Source: Bdellovibrionota bacterium (GTDB lineage Bacteria > Bdellovibrionota_C > UBA2361 > OMII01). Taken from it: a stretch of 22,095 bases of DNA. Where the stretch lies: NCBI GenBank assembly GCA_044356215.1, contig JBIKWQ010000058.1:1-22095 (forward strand). Direction: 5' to 3'. This document shows, piece by piece, positions 6,929 through 14,757 of the stretch. Each line of letters starts with the position of its first letter. The stretch's first letter is position 1. The notes below the pieces were generated by a model. The model searched no databases, was not told the origin of the DNA, and saw only the letters and a list, made by a program, of their open reading frames with translations. Both the position numbers and the translations under genes were made by a program.

Positions 6929-8242
6929 TTAGCCCTCAACAATCTCTGATAATTCCCGCCAGCTCTCGGATAATGACGCTGGTTCACCTACCGCCTGCCT
7001 AAGAAACGCATTAACGGCGTCGATTTTCTTGACCGCACGATCAACTCGGGGATTTTGGCCAGCTTTGTAGGCTCCAATAGTTATAACGTCTTCGGCATCC
7101 TGATAAGAGGCAAGCACCTCGCGCGCCTCATTGGCGACCCTCATGACTTCTGGAGATACGATATCACTCATTGAGCGCGAGATACTCTGAAGTATATCAA
7201 TAGCTGGATAGTGACCCCTTGAGGCGAGCTTTCGGCTGAGAACTATGTGGCCATCAAGAATTCCTCTCACTGTGTCTGCCACAGGCTCATTCATGTCATC
7301 ACCCTCAACTAGCACTGTGTATAGACCCGTAATGCTTCCCGAACCGCCGCATGTTCCCGCTCTCTCAAGCAGACGTGGAAGCAAAGCGAACACAGATGGC
7401 GTGTAACCACGAGTGGCCGGTGGCTCACCTGCGGCCAACCCAACCTCACGTTGCGCCATCGCTAATCGAGTAACTGAATCAACCATTAGGTTTACGGTCT
7501 TTCCCTGATCGCGAAAGAACTCAGCTATCGCCGTCGCTACAAATGCCGCCCTGATCCGCAACAAAGCGGATTGGTCTCCCGTCGCGACAACGACTATTGA
7601 GCGAGCCAATCCTTCTGGTCCAAGGTCGCGCTCAATAAACTCACGAACTTCGCGCCCTCGCTCTCCGACCAGCGCGATCACATTTATATCACTCTGAGAA
7701 GTTCGTGCTATCATGCCCAGCAAAGTAGACTTGCCAACTCCAGAACCGGCCATGATCGCCACCCGCTGGCCTCGTCCCACAGTTAACACCCCATTTAAAG
7801 CCCGTACTCCTAGATCTAAACACTCCGATATCCTAGCGCGAGTAACTGGATTAGGGGGATCTCTGTATAAAGGAGTGGTTTGCTTCATCATCGGCAGCGG
7901 CCTACCATCCATCGGCTCCCCAAGAGCGTCTATCACCCTACCTTGAAGCTGCTCGCCCACCTTTATAAAAGCGGAACTCTCTGAAGCCGTAATCGCGCCA
8001 CCTGGGGCTATTCCATGAATCTCTCCGAATGGCATGATCAGGACTCGGTCATCTCTGAAACCCACTACCTGCGCCGGGATCTCGCGGTTTATAGATGATA
8101 TAACAACGTGACTACCGACTGACACCAGAGGTCCAGTTCCCTCAATTAGGAGGCCGCGAACATCTGTCACTACCCCCCTCAGTTCAGCTAGAGGCGTGTG
8201 AGACGCTATATAACTCGCGTATTCGAACGCCCCGAAGCTCAC
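6929..8242 (-). CDS. fliI: Flagellar type III export ATPase FliI
   Basis: AGSGVGKS, GERGREVREF, DSVTRLAMAQRE, GYTPSVF, LDGHIVLSR; GTG start overlaps the fliH stop (GTGA at 8239-8242). Confidence 0.96.
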   Translation of the reverse strand: MSFGAFEYASYIASHTPLAELRGVVTDVRGLLIEGTGPLVSVGSHVVISSINREIPAQVVGFRDDRVLIMPFGEIHGIAPGGAITASESSAFIKVGEQLQGRVIDALGEPMDGRPLPMMKQTTPLYRDPPNPVTRARISECLDLGVRALNGVLTVGRGQRVAIMAGSGVGKSTLLGMIARTSQSDINVIALVGERGREVREFIERDLGPEGLARSIVVVATGDQSALLRIRAAFVATAIAEFFRDQGKTVNLMVDSVTRLAMAQREVGLAAGEPPATRGYTPSVFALLPRLLERAGTCGGSGSITGLYTVLVEGDDMNEPVADTVRGILDGHIVLSRKLASRGHYPAIDILQSISRSMSDIVSPEVMRVANEAREVLASYQDAEDVITIGAYKAGQNPRVDRAVKKIDAVNAFLRQAVGEPASLSESWRELSEIVEG

Positions 8243-9243
8243 GATTGTGAATCCTTTGAAACTTTCTCATTGATCCGCGTCCACGCTCTATCAAGATCCA
8301 GATCTACTACTCCGCTGGTTGTATGCAGGATACACCCGGCTTTAATAGATTCATCACTCACGAAATTAAGTTTCTCCCCCGACACGATCCGATTGGGGGC
8401 TCCGTATTCTCCCAGTCTTAAGAATTCGTAATCGGCTGGGCTTACACGCGCTTCAATTACCTTAGAGTCTCCCGCAGCTCTGAAAGCCTCCTTAATAACC
8501 CCAATGATATACTCACGCTTAATCTCAACTACATCACCGAGGAGCCGTTTTGCTACTAGCATCGCCAGCTCAACGGACTTCCGCTCTTGAATCGCGATAG
8601 ACTCACTCAACTGAGTCTGCATATCCTCCCAGAGTAACGTATAACGCTCTTCTAATTGACCATGAATCTGGCGCACCTGCTCAGCGTTGTCGGCCAGCCC
8701 CTTTTGGTAAGCTTGTTCAAGGGCCTCCTCTAATTTGGCTTGGGAGATCCGCAACTCATCCTCTGCCGTCTCGCCCTGGGTATTAAAATTCCCCGACTCT
8801 TCCTCGTGCTCAAGACCAGCTTGTGATTCAAAAAGCTCTATTTCGTCAACCGACTGACCCTCCACTCGCGACGGAGAGACCCTGTCCTCCTGAGCAGGAG
8901 CGATAACCTCTAGCTCGTGCGCCGAGCCATTCTCGGATATTTCATTTTCAGGCGATTCAGAATCACCATCAAGATCTAGATTAATTGCAGCGTCTGATGG
9001 TGTGAGGTCGAACTCACCCGCGTCTTTACTAAGCTCTATCACATCCTTGGGTAATGTGGAGAAATCGGAAAACATCGCGTCGACTTCGAATTGCCCCTCG
9101 GCAACCTTCTCGAACTCAGCCGGTCGAAAGACAGAATCCGCCCTTTCATCGCTAACAACTGGCCACACCTCTTCCCGATATGGGGTGGGTCTGTACTCAT
9201 CCAACCTTAGCGAATCCCTTAAATCTCTGGTTTGTGGCGCCAT
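8239..9243 (-). CDS. fliH: Flagellar export protein FliH with long acidic N-terminal region
   Basis: AYQKG repeat, LAMLVAKRLL, RVSPADYEFL, DESIKAGCILHTTSGVVD; located between fliF and fliI. Confidence 0.85.
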   Translation of the reverse strand: MAPQTRDLRDSLRLDEYRPTPYREEVWPVVSDERADSVFRPAEFEKVAEGQFEVDAMFSDFSTLPKDVIELSKDAGEFDLTPSDAAINLDLDGDSESPENEISENGSAHELEVIAPAQEDRVSPSRVEGQSVDEIELFESQAGLEHEEESGNFNTQGETAEDELRISQAKLEEALEQAYQKGLADNAEQVRQIHGQLEERYTLLWEDMQTQLSESIAIQERKSVELAMLVAKRLLGDVVEIKREYIIGVIKEAFRAAGDSKVIEARVSPADYEFLRLGEYGAPNRIVSGEKLNFVSDESIKAGCILHTTSGVVDLDLDRAWTRINEKVSKDSQS

Positions 9244-9264
9244 CTAATTAGCCTCCTGGGGTAT

Positions 9265-10989
9265 TTAGATCCTGCCGTCATTTAACCAGTAACGGATTAG
9301 AAGCGCCGCTTGTTGAGGATTCTCTTTCACTAAGCGCTGATTTTCCGCCAACACCTCCTCAAACTGCTCTAGATCGATTACCGGTTCTATATCTGAGAGT
9401 CCTGATTTCTTTCCCTCCGCCGCTTCATCTGCCTTAGCTAGTCCTAGAGAGTCGCCTCCCGGAGCGTCGAGCTTTGGCATTTGTCCAGCGAGTGGCTGAT
9501 CTGCATTTAATAATTCATTTGGTAGGAGTTTACTTAAATCATACTCCTGCTTTGATGTAGTGGTGAGGAATTTGACGAGTGGCCGCAAAACAAACAGTAC
9601 AAATAAAGCCAACGCGAATACTGGAACCATCATCCCCCCAAATTTCAAGTACTGATCGGTCTGGTGAGCTTTTGCCAACTCCGCCTGCAGACTCTCGTCC
9701 GGCGCGAAGAATGGAACATTCTCAACTGTTACAACATCACCACGGGTGGAATCAAAACCAACCGCCGACTTAACAATTGACTCAACCTGCGAAAGCATCT
9801 CAGGAGTCAACGCCTCATACGACTTACCGGTCTTACCCGTTGGTTTGCCCTCGCCGTCGACCTCAGGAGTCTCAGCTACTTTCCCGTCTACTAAAACCGC
9901 TGTAGATAATCGGACTAGTTTGCCGCGCGCTTGAGCGCTTCTTGTTACCGCTCTTGAGATCTCAAAGTTCTTAACGCTCTCGCGCCTAGAGTTCTGATCA
10001 GTGGCTCCCGCCTGCTGAGCTAGCGCCTTAGGATCATTGGAAAGGTTGCTAACAACGCCAGGAATTCCACCGCGCTGTTCTGTACCGGTTCCCTCTTCTA
10101 TACTCCGCTCTGATCGGATCACCCTTCCCCCCGGATCGTAACTCTCTTCCTCCCTCTCACTCGAGGAGAAATCAAGCTCCGCGGTAACACGAGCGACAAC
10201 CTTTCCTGGCCCGAGCACCTTCGCTAGCATCGTCTCTATACGTTGAATGTACCCAAGCTCTAACTCGCGCAGATATTGCAATCGGGTGGCGTCAGCGCCG
10301 AAGTCATCACTTTCCTCGGGTCGCGCTGAGAGAAGATTCCCAAACTCATCGATGATAGTTACGTTCTCTGGCTTCAGCCCCTCTATTCCACTGGCTACGA
10401 AATTCGTAATACCCTTAATTTGCTTCTTATCGAGCTCGCTTCCGGGCTTCAATTTTAACAACACCGAAGCTCCCGGATCTTGAGATTGTTTGGCGAAGAT
10501 AGTTTTCTCAGGTTGCGAGATGTGAACTCTTGCCGCTACGACAGCATCGAGCGACATGATCGTTCGCTCAAGCTCGCCTTGTAGCGCCCTCTGTTTCTTA
10601 ACCATCTCACCGAGCGTTGTTGTCGCGAAATTGGTACCATCGAACAGCTCAAATCCTACTGAACCAGTTTTAGGGAGACCCTCAGACGCTAGGGTTAATC
10701 TGAGCTCATGCACCTGATCTGCGGGAGATACAGAGACGGAGTTTCCATCCAATCGGTACGAGATCTTCATCTCTTTTAGCCTCTGAACAACCGCGCCAGC
10801 GTCGTTAGAGCTTAAGTCGGTGTAAAGAACTGTATAATCAGGGGCGGTAGCTACCTTTGAGGCGTAAACAACTGCCCAAACACAGAAAGCGAGCAAAACA
10901 GGCGCCGCTATTTTTTGAGCGATCGGAAGCTTCATATACCGATCTATCATTTGTGAAAAGACAGCTTTGGGATCTAATGTTGGCGCCAC
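9265..10989 (-). CDS. fliF: Flagellar MS-ring protein FliF
   Basis: Two TM segments, GFELFD, RALQGELERTI, ARVHI, NVTIIDE, C-terminal ENPQQAALLIRYWL. Confidence 0.96.
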   Translation of the reverse strand: MAPTLDPKAVFSQMIDRYMKLPIAQKIAAPVLLAFCVWAVVYASKVATAPDYTVLYTDLSSNDAGAVVQRLKEMKISYRLDGNSVSVSPADQVHELRLTLASEGLPKTGSVGFELFDGTNFATTTLGEMVKKQRALQGELERTIMSLDAVVAARVHISQPEKTIFAKQSQDPGASVLLKLKPGSELDKKQIKGITNFVASGIEGLKPENVTIIDEFGNLLSARPEESDDFGADATRLQYLRELELGYIQRIETMLAKVLGPGKVVARVTAELDFSSSEREEESYDPGGRVIRSERSIEEGTGTEQRGGIPGVVSNLSNDPKALAQQAGATDQNSRRESVKNFEISRAVTRSAQARGKLVRLSTAVLVDGKVAETPEVDGEGKPTGKTGKSYEALTPEMLSQVESIVKSAVGFDSTRGDVVTVENVPFFAPDESLQAELAKAHQTDQYLKFGGMMVPVFALALFVLFVLRPLVKFLTTTSKQEYDLSKLLPNELLNADQPLAGQMPKLDAPGGDSLGLAKADEAAEGKKSGLSDIEPVIDLEQFEEVLAENQRLVKENPQQAALLIRYWLNDGRI

Positions 10990-11049
10990 TGCGATTACCT
11001 CTGAAACCTTTTTAAACTTTTATCTCTTCAGCCGACAAACCGGCTTCAT

Positions 11050-11370
11050 TTAAACCTGCGTGCGGATCACCTCTTCGTAGGCTCTAACGATCTTACCTCT
11101 GATCGCTGACATTAATTGAAAAGCTACGTCCGCTTTTTCAAGAGCCAGCATAGCTGTATGGGGAGTCACACCATCCTTCTTGAGTGTTAGGCCCTCAATC
11201 TGTTGATCCGCTTGATTCTGTAAACTGTTAACCTCTTGCAGAGCATCGGCTAATACCTCTCCGAAACCACCACCTTTCTCGCCGTTTGTTTTATCGATCT
11301 CTTTATTTACCTCAACGCCCTTAATCTCGGGGATCTGGGGTAATCTCGCGTCAATAGGTCCGACTGACAT
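11050..11370 (-). CDS. fliE: Flagellar hook-basal body protein FliE
   Basis: FGEVLADALQEVNSLQ...KADVAFQLMSAIRGKIVRAYEEVIRTQV. Confidence 0.93.
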   Translation of the reverse strand: MSVGPIDARLPQIPEIKGVEVNKEIDKTNGEKGGGFGEVLADALQEVNSLQNQADQQIEGLTLKKDGVTPHTAMLALEKADVAFQLMSAIRGKIVRAYEEVIRTQV

Positions 11371-11382
11371 AAACTCTCCTCA

Positions 11383-11826
11383 TTAAACCTGGACTAGAAG
11401 TGATCGCGCTGCTTGTGACATTCCTCGAATACTCTCCATCGACGCCAGATTAGCCTGATAGGAACGCTGGGCTGACATCATGTTAGTCATCTCTTCCACT
11501 ACGTTTACATTTGGAAGTGCGACATACCCCTCAGCGTTTGCTTCTGGATGATTTGGCTGGTACTGCATATTCGGCGCGGCCTGATCTTCTAGCACTGCGT
11601 ATATAGACGGCTTCGCTAAAGTGTGTCGGTCTAGGATCGATGAGAAGCCACCCTCAGTCGACGGCATCTGCAGCGCTGTTTGAAATACATCCTTGCGCCT
11701 GTACCCCACAGACTCTTTATTAGCTAAATTAGCCGCGCTGATATCAACACGCAGACGGGCCGCTGATAATCCAGCTGCGGCGATGTCAGTACCATCAAAC
11801 GCGCCTTTAAGACCTTGAATCGTCAT
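11383..11826 (-). CDS. flgC: Flagellar basal-body rod protein FlgC
   Basis: ISAANLAN, YRRK, YQPNHPEANAEGYVALPNVNVVEEM, RSYQAN. Confidence 0.94.
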   Translation of the reverse strand: MTIQGLKGAFDGTDIAAAGLSAARLRVDISAANLANKESVGYRRKDVFQTALQMPSTEGGFSSILDRHTLAKPSIYAVLEDQAAPNMQYQPNHPEANAEGYVALPNVNVVEEMTNMMSAQRSYQANLASMESIRGMSQAARSLLVQV

Positions 11827-11834
11827 ACGCTATC

Positions 11835-12245
11835 CTATCCTCTTCCATCTCTTATACTTGAGCGGTAAAGCTGAAACTTATACTTCATTAGCTGTACCGC
11901 GTTTGAAAAGTCAGAGCTGTTGCTCATCATCGTGGCCATCTGCTTATCGATGTCGACATTGTTTCCATCAGCTTTTGTGATTCCCGAGAGATCAGCACGC
12001 GTCTTTGCTCCTTCATTGCGTGCCAACTCCATATGCTTTGAATCGGTACGAGTCAGTTGATTTCCCTCTTTCGAGGTGAACGCCATCTCAAGCTCTTTTC
12101 CGAAATCAAGTTCTGTCGCCCGGTATCTTGGCGTCTCAGCGTTAGCGATATTGGACGCGATTACCTTTCCTTTCCGCCACGAGAGGTCCATGGCCTTATT
12201 AAGTCCAGTAACCGTTTGCTCAAACAAAGAATCTAGGATCTTCAT
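11835..12245 (-). CDS. flgB: Flagellar basal-body rod protein FlgB
   Basis: IASNIANAETPRY, DGNNVDIDKQM. Confidence 0.94.
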   Translation of the reverse strand: MKILDSLFEQTVTGLNKAMDLSWRKGKVIASNIANAETPRYRATELDFGKELEMAFTSKEGNQLTRTDSKHMELARNEGAKTRADLSGITKADGNNVDIDKQMATMMSNSSDFSNAVQLMKYKFQLYRSSIRDGRG

Positions 12246-12322
12246 AATAAACTCGTGTTCCTAATCCTGAGGCTTCGCGGATGTTAAACTTTTGCTACAC
12301 CCTCTTCCCCTGCAGGGAGATG

Positions 12323-12395
12323 AGCAATAACCATGCTAACCTCTGAACCAATGGAATTAAGGTGTTACAAGCCGATAGAGTGTCAGATGATTGAC
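12323..12395 (-). promoter_or_regulatory. Putative sigma54 promoter of flgB with upstream FleQ/FlrA-type enhancer-like palindrome
   Basis: Minus strand TAGCATGGTTATTGCT (12338-12323) versus consensus TGGCACGNNNNTTGCW, with AG instead of GG at -24. GTCA-N6-TGAC palindrome at 12382-12395. Confidence 0.45.
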
Positions 12396-12416
12396 GCTAC
12401 CCAAAGGGTGCTGTCA

Positions 12417-12437
12417 TTAAGGAAGGCTCTTCCTTAA
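12417..12437. terminator. 9-bp hairpin at the mtgA stop, possible terminator
   Basis: TTAAGGAAG-GCT-CTTCCTTAA; no U-tract, so weak. Confidence 0.25.
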
Positions 12438-13126
12438 GGAAGCTTGGCGCTGGAACTCTCTCTGAGGATCCGCTCATATCGCCGTTCTGTAGAGCGAACC
12501 ATATGAATCGGCGAGAGCTTCCGAGGATTAGGAAGAATCGACGCTAGAGCGGCGGCCTGACTACGAGACAGCTGAGATGCGTTAATTTTAAAGTAGTGTT
12601 TAGCGGCTGATTGGAGTCCATAGATCCCATCACCCCATTCGATGATGTTGATATACAACTCAAGGGTACGCCGCTTTCCCCATACTAGCCCCGCTATCGG
12701 CGACATAACCCATTCAAATCCCTTTCTGATATAGCTTCTGCCAGGCCACAGAAATAAATTCTTAACAGTTTGCATCGTTATAGTGCTGGCTCCCCTGACG
12801 CGGCTACTATCACTAGAGGAGCTTAAAGCGTCTGACACAGCGCCTATATCAATACCCCAGTGTTCTATAAATCTAGCGTCTTCCGCGGTTACGATAGCCT
12901 GAGGCACATACGCGGGAAGGGAACGGAGAGAAACCCACTCCCACGACGCCGCGGTTCGTCGATCGTCCCAGGCCGCTTGGAAACGCCGAATTAACATAAG
13001 GGGCGTTAGCGGGGGCGCCACGAATCGATATATAACAACCACACCCAGCCAGACACTGAGCGCTATTACAAGCACTCTCTTTACTTTCTTCGGCGTAGCA
13101 CTCTTTCTCTTTCTCGACTTTCTCAC
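12434..13126 (-). CDS. mtgA: Monofunctional biosynthetic peptidoglycan transglycosylase (GT51)
   Basis: N-terminal TM, AEDARFIEHWGID, RGASTITMQTVKNLFLW, RKGFE, LELYIN; no transpeptidase domain. Confidence 0.93.
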   Translation of the reverse strand: MRKSRKRKSATPKKVKRVLVIALSVWLGVVVIYRFVAPPLTPLMLIRRFQAAWDDRRTAASWEWVSLRSLPAYVPQAIVTAEDARFIEHWGIDIGAVSDALSSSSDSSRVRGASTITMQTVKNLFLWPGRSYIRKGFEWVMSPIAGLVWGKRRTLELYINIIEWGDGIYGLQSAAKHYFKINASQLSRSQAAALASILPNPRKLSPIHMVRSTERRYERILRESSSAKLP

Positions 13127-13330
13127 TTAATCCTACCGCGGAAGTACGCCACAACAAAGAAAACACGACTATCTTAGTAATCGATGCTCTGCGGCGAAAT
13201 GGGGGATATTTCAAAAGACGCAGGTTTTGCCGCTGATTCTTCGTAATAGAATCTTTGAATCAGACACAATTCCCCCTGATTTCCCGATTAATCGTGAAAC
13301 CATTTCACCCGTTCCGGTATCCTAATATTA

Positions 13331-13575
13331 AGAGCGGCGCGATCCGCTCCTCGTAAGCGACCCACTATAGCTTAGCTTGGGCCCCTTACGAGGTGTGGAA
13401 CGATGCGGTCAAGGTTTACAAGGTTTTATAAAGAAGGTTTTATCGAAGGTTTTCGGTGAAGCTTGGTTACCTTCTCTAGAACATCTCAGATCTAGGGAAT
13501 CATAAGCTTAACCTTGGTTGTTGATTTTTATGCGCCGTTTTTATCAAAGGTTTCTCACGCATCGCTTCCATACCA
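13331..13575 (+). ncRNA. Candidate structured non-coding RNA with five AAGGUUU motifs
   Basis: Stems: GAGCGG/CCGCTC (13332-13349); CCTCGTAAG/CTTACGAGG (13349-13393); long-range GGTGTGGAACGATGCG (13392-13407)/CGCATCGCTTCCATACC (13558-13574); inner AAGCTT..TTCTCTAGA/TCTAGGGAA..AAGCTT. G-U pairs favour the + strand. Confidence 0.55.
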
Positions 13576-13589
13576 CCTTCTTCACCCAC

Positions 13590-13614
13590 GTAACAACTCA
13601 TCAGATTTTTTGGA
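13590..13614 (+). repeat. Copy 1 of dispersed 25-bp motif
   Basis: GTAACAACTCATCAGATTTTTTGGA; 22/25 identical to 14492-14516. Confidence 0.75.
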
Positions 13615-13644
13615 TTGTTACAGTCATAGCGTCGCTCCTCCCCA

Positions 13645-14469
13645 TCATGAGAGTATCCACACAACAAGAGCTGCAACTGCGATCCGGTAGTAAGCGAACG
13701 GCTTTAAACTCCACTTGCTAACTACACTAATAAACCACCGCATCGTCAGTAGCGCCGAAAAGAAAGATACAACGAAACCAATAGCTATAAGTTTTAGATC
13801 CTGATACGAGAAAACTCGCGCTGCCTCAACTAAGTCGTGAAGCGCCGCGACGGTCAGGATCGGCACCGCTGCGAGAAACGAGAACTCCGCCGCGGCGCGG
13901 CGCGAAAGTCCAACCAGCATGCCCCCTACGATAGCCGATGCTGAACGTGACATCCCCGGCCACAAGGCGAAGCACTGCACGATTCCAATAACGATACTCT
14001 GCTTCCAGGTTAGCTCCTCAATTTGTCTTTCTCGACGCGCGATTTCAGACCTCTCGACCAGCAGTATCACAATCGCCCCCAAAGCCAACGCCACCGCTAC
14101 TGGAAGAGGCGCGAATAGATGGGTCTTGATCTCTCTTCCAAAGAGAAACGCTAAGAACAACGCTGGAAGTGAGACCACACCCAGCTTAAAGATCCCCGCT
14201 ACACCGTACAGCCCTGGCCCCAAAGCCATGCGCGGGTCGCGAAGCCCCGCTCTTAGATCTCCAAGCAACGACACGAATCGCTCTTTAAATAGAACCAACA
14301 CGCTTAGAATCGCGCCTAGCTGAATTACGATATCAAAGTTCTTAGCTCGGTCACCAGTAAAGCTCAGCGCCTCATTGAACAGGATCAGGTGCCCGGTGCT
14401 TGAAATCGGCAGATACTCAGTGATCCCCTCAACAAGTCCAAGTATGATAGCTATTAATGTTTCCGACAC
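13645..14469 (-). CDS. uppP: Undecaprenyl-diphosphate phosphatase (BacA)
   Basis: LGLVEGITEYLPISSTGHL, IQLGAIL, PGMSRS, AAEFSFL, FAYYR; multi-TM. Confidence 0.97.
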   Translation of the reverse strand: MSETLIAIILGLVEGITEYLPISSTGHLILFNEALSFTGDRAKNFDIVIQLGAILSVLVLFKERFVSLLGDLRAGLRDPRMALGPGLYGVAGIFKLGVVSLPALFLAFLFGREIKTHLFAPLPVAVALALGAIVILLVERSEIARRERQIEELTWKQSIVIGIVQCFALWPGMSRSASAIVGGMLVGLSRRAAAEFSFLAAVPILTVAALHDLVEAARVFSYQDLKLIAIGFVVSFFSALLTMRWFISVVSKWSLKPFAYYRIAVAALVVWILS

Positions 14470-14491
14470 GATCTGGCTCTCTTTAAATAAA

Positions 14492-14516
14492 GTAACTACT
14501 CACCGGATTTTTTGGA
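14492..14516 (+). repeat. Copy 2 of dispersed 25-bp motif
   Basis: GTAACTACTCACCGGATTTTTTGGA, 22 bp upstream of the uppP start. Confidence 0.8.
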
Positions 14517-14529
14517 TCGCTGTAGCCTA

Positions 14530-14669
14530 GCGAGCAACGCGGGTGGGCGCAATTGAATTCCTGCTCGTAAAAATCGTGTCATAGCCACGAGCAGCTAGAC
14601 GAAAACAAGCATCGTCTCGGCTAGCAGGACGTTTGTTTTCGCGTATCCCTGTCCGCGCTCATTGCTCGC
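14530..14669 (+). other. Candidate three-way-junction RNA/ssDNA structure in the uppP-mnmC divergent spacer
   Basis: Outer GCGAGCAA/TTGCTCGC and CGCGGG/TCCGCG enclose CTGCTCGT/ACGAGCAG and CGAAAACAAGC/GTTTGTTTTCG. Confidence 0.45.
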
Positions 14670-14757
14670 GGAATATTTCCGAAAGGGGTTTGTATTTATA
14701 ACCTTCTCTCATTCTTCCCACTGCATTCCCACACGTAATCTGCTATTAACCTAGACG

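Noticed and set aside
12371..12378. sigma28 -10 box GCCGATAG
   Set aside because: It is on the wrong strand for flgB and has no matching -35 box.
13518..13721. 67-aa ORF on +
   Set aside because: No RBS, overlaps the uppP 3' end antisense and the structured region, and has no recognisable motif.
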